Shown in pieces: positions 26,999 to 39,950 of a DNA stretch of 64,000 nucleotides. The translations under genes and the position numbers were made by a program. The first letter of the stretch is position 1. Every line of letters starts with the position of its first letter. The notes beneath the pieces are model-generated. The model was not told the origin of the DNA, ran no database searches, and saw only the letters and a program-made list of their open reading frames with translations. This DNA is from the human T2T-CHM13v2.0 reference genome, Homo sapiens: NCBI RefSeq assembly GCF_009914755.1, contig NC_060946.1, one strand, 5' to 3'.

Positions 26999-29459
26999 AT
27001 GTGTGTGTCTCTGTGTGTGTGTATAAAGAATTTGTATGTGAAAAAAATTCAAGCACAGGAGAAAAGTGAAAGCCCATGGTGGGGGATGTGGAGAAAGGTC
27101 AGTGTGGCTCCAGCACCTCAGTGCGACTTGGTTTTCCATCTTGAAGAATTGCCCATCCACACTGAAACCATAGCCTAACATATGCCATTTCTCACACTAC
27201 ACCTGCTGGGATACAAGTATGTAGCCTTTTGAAAAAAATAAAATCTTTCACCTAAGAGAAGGACAAGAGAAAATGAGGGTTTCACATCTAAAGCCTTCAT
27301 TTTCTTTATGAATCAACAGCCACTTGTCATTTGAATTGTCCAGAGGCGACTGACAGCACTAATACACTTAATGAATCAACCAGGAAAAATGGGCCTCTCA
27401 GGTGAGGAGGAGGCACAATGGTCACAAAACCCAATCCGTTCTCAGCTTTGCATGGTGCTCGCATCTCAAGAAGTGGTGTTAGCCATGTGAACCGTGTTCA
27501 CTGGACAAGGCCAGAGGAAAGAATATTTAGTACAACACAACTATGGGGCTGCAAATCAAACTGGTAGTGAGAGCATGCATGAGGCTTCAGTGGCCGAGAC
27601 ACTGGTGGCTACCCTTCGGTGTCACTTAAACCTTTGAGGTGAAGGACATCTTTTTTCCCAACTGGCTCAGAGAAACCAATCAACATTAAAATTGAGATTT
27701 GTTTTTCTTTTCAAAATTTCTAAGACATAGAGGAGTCTCTAACACTCCAAAAGAGATTCAGCTATACATGCAGCTGAGGACCTGCCTGCTCTGTAGAGGG
27801 ATGGCAGAGCAGCAGCCACCAGCTTTAGTAGCTTTAAGCTCCTCCTCTCATAGGGACAGGCCACCCCCACACAACCCCCCTAACTTCATAGGCTCTAGCT
27901 GTCAGGTGCACCTGGGGGACTGTCTTCCTCCCATCTCATTAGCTCTCGAAGACAGTCCAGCTCAATCTAAAACCTACCTTAGGATGGCGAGATGTAGGCT
28001 CTCCTCCATTCTCCCAGTGTAGTGTGACTTCTAGAGAGTGCTTCTCCATCCTCTTACCTCAGATGATGTGAAAAGAGCCGTTTCCCGGGCAGTTAGATGT
28101 TCAGTGACATAACAGGCCCAGCATGCGCAGGGCCTGGCCCCACAGCCTGGCACCTCTCCCCTACCTGGCCTTCACGCTGGACTTTTCTCTTCTGCCACAA
28201 ATATCAGGTGATGATCACCTCTGCCACACTCTCATGAGCTTGGTAAGTAGCAGGGGTGTAAACCTCAACAGATTTCCTGTGACTCTACCCTCTTACCTCC
28301 CACTCAAGTGACATTATAAGCATAATTTTATATTTGATCTAATTTATGCATAACCTTTTTATAACATTTCTGACAACAGCCCTCACAACCACATGAGTCT
28401 GGGTTACAGAACACACGGGCGAGGCTCGGGTAGCAGGTTTCACTTACTTTATTCCAATGTGAAATGAAGATTGATGATTTAAAAACAAGACAAAGTTGTT
28501 TATCAGCTGTGGGGTGGCTACACTTGCTAGCTCATGCTCACTTCCTTTGAAACAAGGTATCTGGACAGACCATATTCATAAGTAGGTCTTCGCAAAACCC
28601 CAGACAGAAGTTCCAGTCAGACACAGCTCCCTCAGGCTCACAGGGTGGCAACCGCCTCCATGTTAGGCTCTGACAGCAGGCAAGGAAAGGAGCACAGGCA
28701 GCAGGGGACAGGGAGGGTCCGGGACTGTAGGGATCCCCAAATGCCCCAGAGCTATTCTCTGTAGAAGGGCACACGCAGGTCTCACTGTGTCAGTGCAGTG
28801 GCTGAATCATGGGTCACTGCAGCCTCAATCTCTTAGGCTCCAGTGATGCTTTCACCTCAGCCTCTCAAGTAGCTGTATGGCAAAAAGCCTCCTACTTTTT
28901 ACTTAAAACCTGGACTTTAAGCCAGGTTGGGCCTGGGAATAGTGGCAGCAAAAGCAGCAGCCAAATGTATACACTCCAGATGTCTACACTCATGGGCACA
29001 GGCATATTCCACACTTGCTGGAGCACGAGAGGCCTGAGAGGCACCTGTTTCCCAGCTACTAACTGATGTCCACACACCCCATTCACGTGTCTTCATTTAG
29101 GTCTCTGCATCGTATATTTGCTCAGCCAGTGCAAACACATCTTCTGGGGGGCAACATTAATTGCAGCACCTGCCCCACTTGTTCTGGGAGGGAGTCAAGA
29201 GGAATCTGGTCAGCTCCTAATCCCCCAGGACAAAGGTGATGCCCTCTTTTCAGGACTTACATCCAGCAGCGTCATCTCGGGATGGGTTTTTCAAACACAA
29301 GCAGCATGAGGTAGCAAGCATGGTGTGACAGGCTCAGGGCCATGGGCAGCCGGTTGCTGGAGAAGCAGCACAGGGCAGGCACATCTGTGGGTGGCACCAT
29401 GACAAGCCAAGACAGCCACAGCCCCTAATCCCAACAGCTCCAGCCCAGATGGCATTCAA

Positions 29460-32400
29460 ATCTTCCCGGATAGTATTGGGGTGCCCGATGCCCATCACTC
29501 GCCCTCTAATTAGCACGGCCTTGTTGGTTACTCAGGGACTAAGGAGAGGGGGTGGGGGATGTAGATCCAGGGTGGGCACTGCCTCACAGCCAGAGTCCAC
29601 CTGACTGCAGGCCAGCAAGCAAGCCCAAGAAGCTCAGCTCTAGTCACATCTGGCTGTACTTTATGTGTATACATTACACAAAGGTAGCAAACAGAGGTCA
29701 ACAATAGCTGTTGTGACATGAAAGTCTATGCCCCATTAAGACCTTAAAATGCTATTGTCTTAAGCTATCTTTATTCTAATAAAATTTATACAAATAAACA
29801 CATACAAGCTGAACTACTATAAAGGAAATATTAGGATTTTTTAAACCCATAAACAGACATGAAAACAGTCACTGTTTGATTGCAGAGAAAGTGAGCTTCT
29901 AAAGCAGCTGACCACAAAACAGCCTCACCAAACCCCAGGCAGGCCAGGCAGTCTGAACACTACAAGGCCACGTGATGGTCACAGAGGATGACAGCTCCTG
30001 TGAGTATTGCAAGGCACTGTGTTAGCTTCTCACTCACAGTCTCAGAATACCCTGTGAGGGGAGGCCCCATCTCACTAGAGCACAGGAGATTCCTGAGCTC
30101 TTCCCAAAAAATGGTCATCAAACGATGGAGCAGAGGGAAGCCCAGACAGAACAAGTGAGTCCCTAGGGTCTCCTTAACCTCCCTCAGCTCCTCCACATGG
30201 GTCCCTGAGGGAAAGTGAGCAGCCTCCTAACCCCCTTGATAGGGTTCCAGTCCTGCAGGTCGGACTCTCTCATTTTATGCTACCATAGGGTGTGACAATG
30301 CAACCCCAGGCCCCTTATTTGCCATCCCTCAATGCCAGGCCAGACCCAGAGTCCTTTGCTAACACAGCCCAGGGGATGCTCAAGGCCCACCTCGGCACAG
30401 TCACCTGTAGTGTACTGAGATGAGCAAGGAGGTGCAAGTAGACACAAATCCCCATGGGCTTGGCCTCAGGCATGTTCCACAGGCTCAGGGCCTCCCTGAT
30501 GAGCTCACAGCCCTCCTTCAGGAATCCTGCAGATCACACCCTCAGGGAGCAGTGCTCAGATGAGCAGGCAGGCTCCACATCCCCCACCCCATGACGCTCT
30601 GTTCCACTTTGCAGGCTTCTGCATTGGCCAGTCCCCACTGCTTTCTGGTGAGATGTCTGAGTTGAAGTGAATGTTGAAGGCCACAGAGCTGATGGAGCTC
30701 ACTGCCTTGCACATGTTGTAAATCACCTCCTGGCTTCAAGGGTCAGCTGTGGACACACAGCTTGATGGGAGTAGGCCCACTCCACCATCAGTAGTGCTGG
30801 GTTGCCCTGATCTGCACCTTCCAGGTCCTTTCTGAGATGTCTGCATGCTTCTCTAAGGGACTGGGTCACGAGACACCCCTGGCAAGAGTCAGCTGGCAGA
30901 ACAGGCTGGACACTCTCCCTCAGCCTCCCCAGCAGCCCCGCCTGTGCTGTCATCTGTGCTGATGATCTCCGTGGTAAGATTATGGGAAATTTTTTAAAGC
31001 ATCTTTTCCCCGTTCATTTCCCTATCTTAATAACAGCACTGATAACTTTTAAGCCCTAGCAAGCTGAAACTGCAAGACACATGATCTTCTGCCTTAGAAG
31101 GGCCATGTTTGGGCAGTGTGTGCCCAGGTGAGAGCCCCATGGTTGTTAGTGGAAGCGGGGAGCTGGATGGGCCCGGCCCCATAGCCTAGTGAAAAGTGGG
31201 ACCCTCTCCTTCCAGAGCATGGAAGTCTCAGAGGCTGGAAAAAGGTGCCTGAGTGGCCTGCCAAGAAGCAGAAGGCTAGAAGGCCTGGAAAGAACCCCAA
31301 CAGCCTTCAAGCTGCCTGAGAGGGCTGGGCTCATTCCAGCTTTCTTTGCTTTCATCCTGTTAGCAAGAAAACCTGCTCACAGATGGCAGGCGGGCCTGAG
31401 GCTGCCATTCCCTCATCAGGGGCTATAGGCACCTTTAATGTGGCTCTTTCTTGAAGCAGCTGCTCAGGCCGGTTCTCGAAGAGCAGTTCCCTTATTATCC
31501 ACAGGTCCTTCTTCCAGCCCCGTGTCTGCAGAGGGACTAGGGAGGGAGACAAGGGCTCAGCCTGTGCCCCACAACCTGCTTTGAGACATCTCTTTTGTTA
31601 CTTCCTCACAGACAGCCTGAAACTTCCAAATGAACAGACCAGAATGGAGCCTCCAGGAAAGTGTACAGAATTCTGTCTAGTACCCAGAAGGAAGGGGGTT
31701 CCCAGTGAAGGCAGGGCCAGGCTGCATGCACCTCTTCAAAAATATTCTCCTCATAGTCCACCCTCAAGGTGTACATCCTCTGTGTGCTTGCAGTCCATGG
31801 CAGCCTCTGCCTTGGGAACCATCCAGCTGCACACCTGCAATATGGTGGTGACCCTCTTGAATGGATGGTTCTGGGCCCCATTGCAGGCAGCAGATAGGGA
31901 GATGCTCAGCCCATCAAGCCCAGAGCCCTGCCACAGGCTTCTGTGAGGCCTCCACCTGCTCTGGGTTCTTGCCCTGAGAGGCTGCCCTGAAGTCAAACAC
32001 AAGCAGGTGGGACTCTCTTCCACAGCTGCTCTCTCTCCCACTGACAGCTCCCTAGAGGGTAACTCAGACAGAGAAGATAGAATTCTCAGGCAGAAGGACA
32101 GGAGTTTCGGCTGCCGATTCATTCCATACCCCCACATGACATGACACAAGGCAGGGGCTGTGGGACAAAGGCATTGCCTTTCCTTCTGGCATGAGGAATG
32201 CCTTAGGAAGCAGGTCTGGTGGGGCTAGGGTTGAGCGATAGGCTTCAGGCCACAAGGAGTGGACGGACACTGAGCAAGTATCCTGCTTATCTGTCCACAG
32301 ATCCAGAACAAGTGGCATCCCAGGAGCCTGGGAGGGGCTGGCAGAGACTTACTGTGTCCAGCAAAAGCCCCATGTGGATGCGGTAATGCTGCCTGCTGGT

Positions 32401-33044
32401 CCTTGGCTGTAATTACAAACAGGTACATGAGGTCCCCATGGATCTTGCAGCTCTCAGGGAGTGGGTTCCAGCTGCTCATGGTAGGCACTTTTAGTCACTG
32501 AACGTGCTTCAGGAATGGCCAAGCTTGATTAAGCCAGGCGTCTTGCTGTGAGACCCTCCACCCAACTGAGGACCCTCTTCCTTGTCCCCCCTGACAGTTT
32601 ACCTTCCAGTTCTGGTTCTGGAGACACGATGGCCCTTCTTGGGCCCCTGGGAGAATGTGCTCAGATGACACACAGTAGACAGGGCCCATTTCCAAGCCAT
32701 TCTTCCATTTCCCACTGTTTGAGGGGCTGAGGCCGGTGATCAGCACAGGGCCACCCAGGGCCAGCTGTCTGCACCTAAACGTCATGTTGGTCTGGATGTC
32801 TCAGAGCCAGAACTCTCCAGGTAAGATGGCCTGGTCCTCAGCACCTGGCCTCCATGCTCCTTTTTCCTCTGTTCAATCCTGGCCCCAATGCCTCCCGCAA
32901 CTCTCAGGTCACCATTGGAGAAGATGCTCAGGAAGAACAAGGAGCTGCAGTCAACCCTGCTGAAGGTGGCATATGGGTCCAGGCTCTTGAGCTGGTCTTT
33001 GACATGGTACATGTGGATGCAGGCTTTGAGCAGTGTGAGTAGCT
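29460..33044 (-). pseudogene. CLUH: Unprocessed (intron-retaining), internally deleted CLUH/KIAA0664 pseudogene (symbol given is the parent gene)
   Basis: Minus-strand exons in CLUH order: 33044-~32902 (LKSLDP..VDCSSLFFLSIF..GDL), 32718-32603 (SGKWKNGLEM..ILPG..WK), 32506-32353 (WNP..HGDLMYLFVITA), ~32250-32180, ~31878-31732 (HPF..AMDC..DYEE), 31525-31433 (TRGW..REL..N.PEQLLQERA..K), ~30941, 30746-~30600 (DP*SQEVI..CKAVSSISS.AFNIHFN), 30526-30391 (FLKEGCELI.EAL), 29538-29460 (SNQQ..RVMGIGHPNTI). Stops, frameshifts and several mutated splice sites. Confidence 0.93.
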
Positions 33045-33213
33045 CTTTCCGGAAGGAGGGGAAAACGGTGTTACCAGGGTCCTACACCCTAGAACGACCC
33101 ATCTAGCACAGAAAACAGTTTGCAACGTGCTATCATGTGTGATTTTAATTTTGGGCTTTAGGCTTTCATTTCCAAATTCCACAATAAACACATAAGGTGG
33201 GGTTCTGATTTCA

Positions 33214-33276
33214 ACACACACACACACACACACACACACAAGCACACACACACATTCTCTCTCTCTCCCTCTCTCT
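33214..33276. repeat. (CA)n followed by (CT)n microsatellite
   Basis: Direct reading. Confidence 0.95.
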
Positions 33277-35044
33277 TAGAATCTTCCAGTGCATTCACAC
33301 TGAAAGCCGAAGTCCTCCCAGAATCTTGTGAGAACCTAAATGATCTGAATAGTTTGTCATTGCTTTTGGGGATCTGGGAAAATCTCTGCACATTTCTGGA
33401 GACCGCTGTTATGCCATTTTTAATAAATCTGTTCTGCTTCAATTCAGAAGTGTGTGAGGGGAGTTGTGGAGGAATTGGCATTTGGGTTAGAAATTATAGG
33501 AACAACAGAGACAGATGACACCTGTTTTCTGCTTCATAATGTCAAGTTTTATGAAAGCTAAAACCTAATTCTACAAAAAAATTAGACTGAAAAACTTTAT
33601 AGGCAAAAATTATCTTATTAAATAGGAAAATCTAATTATTTTATTTTAAAATTTTCTTTTCCTTAGTAGGACCTAATCATAGAAATTTAAACACTGTATG
33701 CCAACAGCCTCTACTGTAGGATGGTTTATTGTAAGTACTCATTTTACAGATTTCTTACAAAAACTTTTTCCGTAAGGGAAATTAGAATATTGTTCAACAT
33801 ATATTGAATTCACAATTATTACCTTATTTCTCACTTATTATTTTATGATTCTGTTTTCTTTAATATGAAGATTACTATGACTGTGTTTTCACTTTCTGAA
33901 TTATCATGTGTCACATTTTTCTGTAATTTCAGTTTGAGAAGTTGTAAAACAGCATGCCCAAATGTATATGTTATGTATCAATTATATAATTAATTATTAA
34001 AATATTTGGCTTGTATGTTTAATTGACTCTAGGCACAATGTTACTATTAACATTTTCTTCCAGTTTTCCCAACTTTTATTTGACTAATAGTACAATTTAT
34101 TTCCAGTTTTTATTTTATCTGTCAATGTTTTATACTGTATTTACAATATTTATATTGTCACCATATGTAAAAATGTAAGACCTTTCTATTAAAGGCTAGA
34201 TTACAGCCTTACCCTTTTGTGTAAGGAAAGCAGCAATGCATCAGTAGCATAATTTAAAACTTTCTCTAGTATTACTTAAATTTTTATTTCTTAAAACTTT
34301 CTCATCACATCTCTTTCTAATAATTATAATATGGTTTCTTTGAAATGTTGTTGCCCTAATTGTATCCAAATAATTCAAAATTTATACTTTTTACGGATTC
34401 AAAGGAAGAGTTGAAAATTGTAGTTACCTAGGATTCTTTTTCAGTTGGACACTATGTTTATTCAGGATTTTATAGATCAAAGTTTCTCTTAATTATGTTT
34501 TAGAATTTATGTTTCTGTATTTTTTAGAGTAGGCTGTCTCACAGCAGTTAATTGTGTTTTTACTTTCTACCTATTTATTATGATTTTGAATTACATTATT
34601 CAAGTAAGAATTCGGGGAAGGTTTCTTTTAAGTTTGTTTTGCAATTTTGCATTTCTGTGTTTCATGTTTTAGGGTAGGGCACCTTACATCAGTTTATTGT
34701 TTTTAGTTTGAATTTATATAATATAATTTTCTATGACAATATTCAAATCTGTACACCTTAAGACAGTGTGAGGCAAAAAATATGAACCATCCCTATGGTC
34801 TTTTGTTAATATAATGATTTAATTGTTTGTTTGCTTGTATAAATATTGCCCCTATTTTGTTTATGACTTGTGCATTTTCTTCTTGTTTGATGGCCAATAA
34901 TTGATTCTGTCTAAGTGAGTAATCATGGAAATTGTCTTAATTTCAACATCTATTGTTTATATTATCCTAGTGTGAAAGAAAGACTTATGCGATTTGAAGA
35001 TAATTTTTCAAAAACTTTGTAACTCTCTCTCTTCGGGTGTCTTT

Positions 35045-35337
35045 ACTTATTTATTTATTTTTTGACAGACTCTCACCCTGTCGCCAAAGTGCAGTGGCAC
35101 AATCTTGGCTCACTGCAACCTCCACCTCCCAGGTTAAAGCAATTCTCCAGCTGCTGCCTCTTGAGTAGCTGGCATTAAAAGTGTGCACCACCACGCCTGG
35201 TTAATTTTTGTGTTTTTCATAGAGCTGGGGTTTCACCATGTTGGCCAGGCTGGTCTTGAACTCATGGCCTCAAGTAATCTGCATGCCTCAGCCTCCCAGA
35301 GTGCTGAGATTACAGGCATGAGCCATCTCTCTTGGCC
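35045..35337 (-). mobile_element. AluS (mirror copy 63533-63826, +)
   Basis: Alu dimer present in both arms with the same small internal deletion. Confidence 0.9.
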
Positions 35338-35349
35338 ATTGGGTGTCAT

Positions 35350-36265
35350 TTTTAATTTCGATTGTGGTAAAAATACATAACATAAAATTTAGAATCTTTA
35401 ACATTTTTTCTTATACAGTTCAGTCATGTTAATGTATTTACATTGCTTTGCAACATATTTGAAAACTTTTTTCTTTTGCAAAACTGAAACTCAGTACACA
35501 TGAAATGACAACTACCCATTTTCCTTACCACCTGGCTCATGATAAAAATCATTCTATTTTCTGGTTCTAAGTTTCAATACTTTAGATATTACATATAAGT
35601 AGAATCATAGAGTATCTGTTTTATTGTGACTAATTTTACTTAGCATCATGTTCTCAAGATTTCTCTTTATTGTGGATGCTACAAGATTTTCTGCCTTTAA
35701 AAGCTGAGTAATATTCCATTACTTTTGTATTACAAATTATATTTATTTATTCATTCTATGAGGAAAGTTTGTGTTGCTTTCACCTATTGGCCTTTGTGAA
35801 TAATGCTGCAACGAATATGGGTATGCAAATAACTATTTGCTCATATGTGCGAGGTTTACGTCTGTGCTACCTTCTGTTTTATTGGAAAAATTGTCTGTCT
35901 TTATGCTAGAAACAAACTGTTTTCATTGCTGTTGCTTTGTAATGTGCTTTGAAATCAGAAAAGTTGAGGCCGCTAACATTGTTTTTTTTTTAAACATTTT
36001 TGGGCTCTTTATGGTCGCTTGACATTCCACATAATTTGTTGGTTCCTTTTTCTATTTCAAAAAAATTGCTAATTTAAAAGGGATTGCATTGAATCTGTAA
36101 CTCGCTTTAGGCATCATGAGCATTCTTCATAATATCAAGTCTTACAACCCTTAAACATGAGCATGCTCAAAAGTGAGTTGTTTAATTTCCATATATATGT
36201 TGCTATTTTTGTTTTCTTCTGTTATTCATTTCTAGTTTTATTCCATTTTGATCAGAAATAATAGT
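35350..36265 (-). mobile_element. Ancient L1M fragments (mirror ~62600-63520)
   Basis: Antisense L1M 3'UTR/ORF2 words (AAGCTGAGTAATATTCCATT, GGGATTGCATTGAATCTGTA). Confidence 0.75.
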
Positions 36266-37984
36266 CACTGAAAGGCTAAACCACTCTGGGAAGTGACCCC
36301 CATTATAGAACATTACAAAGATATGTGAGGGCACCACTTCTGCCCTGATGGGCTAAAGGGATGTGTTCTCTGAGATGACACATTGCACACAAATGCAGGG
36401 AACAGTATAACCCCCTTTTCGTGTAAACTCTTCCCTATTTTTCTAGAGTATTAATGCTAGTGGTGGCTTTGAAGTCTTGGGGAAGGTCTGGCAGTGCCGT
36501 GAAGCTGCCTGCTACAGGTGATACCAGGGGGAATAATTAAAACCATACCAACTGTAGTAACATGAATAAATACAGCCTAGTGTAAAGTAAAAACAACACA
36601 AAGGTCTTCTCTGATATTTCTACAAGAATGTAAAAAGGGACTTTACACTTAACCAAGTTGCCTTTGGGACTAGTTAAGGCTAGATTTTTGGGAGGCAGAT
36701 CTTTGGGTCACTCATGGAAATCCCCTAAGAGAAAGCGCAGAGAAATTCCATATTTGGGTCTGGATCCTGGGCCCATCCTGGTTTTGTCAGACCCCTGTCT
36801 GTAGAGATCCCCATGTGCCTGCTCTCACCATAACTCACTGTATGCCATGCTTAGGGGTGTGGTGAACCTGCCAGTTGTCCAAGGAGTTGGGGGACTTGAA
36901 CCCATCAAATACCTGCTCAATGATTTTAATGAAACTCTACAAAGAGTGTTCCCAGCAGCGAAGCAGAAAAAAAAAAAGAAAAAAGAAAAAAAATTAATTA
37001 TCTCCTTTGTTTTTACCACCAGGTAACATCTCCATTAGAAATTCTGTTTCCTAGATCAGGAACATAGGAGTATCTGCATAGACCCCCAGCCAATGAGGAA
37101 ACCCGAGGACAGCTTAAGGCCTTGGGATTCACATCTGAGTAGACACACTTGGTCCACAATGCTCAACTTTTTATTCCACCAGCCATGACCTGGGTATGAA
37201 CATGACATACCCGCCAGGGTTCCAATGCCTTACAGCCTGCCCCTGTGAGAAAGAGCCCCCTCCTTTCCTGCTCCCCCTGCAACACATGGTAATGGTAGAC
37301 AGGGTCGGATTGCCCAGATTAGATGACACGGGTGGCCTGGCATGGACGGACCTGACCTAGGCTTCACTGTGTTACCTGTGTTTGCCTCTTGTTGAATGGC
37401 CAGTGGTATCAAGGATGTAGGCTGAGCCAATATGTATATGGTCAGAAAAGGCTCTCACTTTGAACCTTTCTCAGGCAACAGCTTAGGAATATAGCACACA
37501 ATGAGAACACAGTGCTCTCTCAAGCATCTCCCATGAAATTAGCTAGATAGAGGGCTGTCTCTAGAATGTGGGTTTCTGGTTCCAAAGTTCTAAATTCTGT
37601 TAGGTTCTGTCACAAGGGAAGTCTGTTAACTTCTTCAAGGTTTTATCCCCTGAGCCCTTTTCCTCCATAAATCTATGCAAAGTCCCTGCTGGGCTGCTGA
37701 TTGCTCACCCTCCTCTCCCATGTCAACTCTTTTCCTGTAAACAGTTATGCAAACACAATTATGCCTCTTACTCCCCATAAAGATCTAAATACAGCCAGGG
37801 CCCCAGGTTTGAGAGAAGAGAGTTGGATTAAAATCTTCTTTTCCTTTTCATTTCTGTGACCATATGAAAATGACTGTGCGCTTCAGTTCTCCCCAGCCCT
37901 GAAGTATGCATAATGGGATTAGGCTAGCATCAACTTCCAGAAAGAGTCATTGGCGATATATGAGATAGAATGAATCAAAATCAG

Positions 37985-38272
37985 TGGGATGTAGTTGCTC
38001 TTGCTTGTAATCTTAGCAGATTGGTAGACCAAGACGGGTGGAACACTTAAGGCCAGGGGTTTGAAACCAGCCATGGCCAGCATGGCAAAAACCCTTCTCC
38101 ACTGAAAATGCAAAAATTAGCCAGATGTGTTGATGCTTGCCTGTAATCCCAGCCACTCAGGAGGCTGAGGTGTAAGAATCACCTGAGCCAAGGAAGCAGA
38201 GATTACATTGAGCCTTGATCATGCCTCTGCACTCCAGCCTGGGTGACAGAGCGAGACTGTGTCTCAAAAAAA
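37985..38272 (+). mobile_element. Alu (J/S) followed by (TA)-rich tail to ~38405 (mirror 60448-60905)
   Basis: Alu dimer words; AT-only low-complexity tail. Confidence 0.88.
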
Positions 38273-39123
38273 ATATATACTATGTATATATAATTTATAT
38301 TTATATATTATATATAATATATAAACTTATACATATACACCTTTATGTATAAAAGATATATATTTCATATATCTGTATACATAAAAGATATATATTTTAT
38401 ATATATGGCCTTATTTTTCCATTCTACAGCAGAAGAGGTTGAAATCAAAAGAAAATCAGATACTGTATTCTGGCATTAAATATTCCAGTGCTGTGCATTA
38501 TATTTGGAATCACATGTATATGCCTCATCTCAGCCTATTTGGTGGGCGCCCCCAACAAAGTCTCACAACAACACTAAGTTGTGAGTGACTCTGTTATTTT
38601 AAAACGCAGCTCACCTCTCAGTGCCTCAGAAGCCGGTACTATAACACCGGGTTTCCAACAAAGGCATTGGATTCCAGCTGAAGCCTCTTTCCCTGTGCTT
38701 ACTTAAAGGTAGTAATATTCTCAGAAAGGTTTAAGAGGTGGCTTCTTGTTTAGCAGGGAATTGCTGAAAGGAAAAATGTATGGAAAGTCACTGGGCATGA
38801 ACAGCCATCTTTTCTTGCTACACACAGGTCATGTGCAAATTTGGGGACAGTTAGTACAAAACATGTGATGGAAATTTGGGCTCTGACATCAGTGAGCTTA
38901 TTTCACACAGACTCCAGTTGACCATATTGGTTCCGACCAATTTTAGCCACTTTTTAGAAGTCTCATAAGTGGAATAAATTTCATGCTTTCAACAAGTTCT
39001 ATCTTTTCTTATCTGTCATTCTGCAAACTGAAGAATTTCTGCTAGTCATTGGTTGAACTCTTTGGGGACCTGGTTCTAGTTTCTGTCAAAGAGAAAACAA
39101 CAAATGTGATAGGTTATCACTTC

Positions 39124-39460
39124 TGACTTAGTTCAGACTTCTATACCAAAAAACATAGACTAGGCAACTTATAAACAAAAGACTTTAGTTCTGGAGGCTA
39201 GAAATTTGAGATTGGCTTCCAGCATGGTTGGGGTCTGGTAAGGACTCTCTTCTGAGTTTCAAACTCCAGACTTCAGGTTGTATTCTCATTTAGCAGAGAG
39301 AGGGACAGACAGCTTTCTGCGGTTTCTTTTACAAAGCCAGTAATCTCTATCACGAGGGCCTCATGCTTAGGACTTAATTACCTCTGACCTGCTAAGGCCA
39401 TTACACTGGGAATTAATGTTCTGGAATGTGAATATGGTGGGGAATCACATAGTCTACTGC
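39124..39460 (-). mobile_element. MaLR (MLT1A/MST-like) LTR (mirror ~59395-59730)
   Basis: CATAGACTAGGCAACTTATAAAC, GTTCTGGAGGCTAGAAATTTGAGAT. Confidence 0.75.
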
Positions 39461-39639
39461 AACTTCCAAAGTTATATTTCTAAAATAGCTATTATTTTCC
39501 TCCCTCTTGCTCTGTCCTGTGTTTCATCTCTCAATCTCTCTGTCTCCCTTTCTCTTTTTCTGTGCATATGTCTGTCTATCTCTTTCATTTTCCATCTCTC
39601 TATTGTATTCTTCAAGATGAGGAAGCGATCTCCAGTGTC

Positions 39640-39950
39640 CTAAGATGCTCTAGGCACAGACCCACATGATAGAGAACTGAGGAACTGCCCAGGCCAATCA
39701 ACAGGAAGAAACTGGGGTTCTCAGTTCACATTGAATCTTGCCAATTTCCATGAGGCAGATTGGAGGCTGATCTCTCCCCAAATCCAGCTTCAGTTGAAAT
39801 CACAGCCCCAGCCTCATAAGGGACCTTGAGGCAGAGGCACCCAACTAAGCTATATCGAGATTCTGGTTCACAAAAATTGTGAGATAGTATTTGTTGTCAA
39901 AATGTGCTAAAATTCAGGGCAATGTTGTCAGAGATGGGCAAATGACTAAC
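39640..39950 (+). mobile_element. MLT1 (G/H-like) LTR 3' part (mirror ~58900-59200)
   Basis: CCACATGATAGAGAACTGAGG ... ACAAAAATTGTGAGATA ... GCTAAAATT end motif. Confidence 0.6.

Noticed and set aside
28450-33100. Initially looked like a GGT/LCR22-type pseudogene
   Set aside because: Exon translations match CLUH throughout; no GGT motifs.
36270-39110. Possible ERV internal/env remnant with a PBS-like GGGCGCCC near 38545
   Set aside because: No unambiguous gag/pol/env motif or LTR pair could be read by eye; left unannotated pending a Dfam search.
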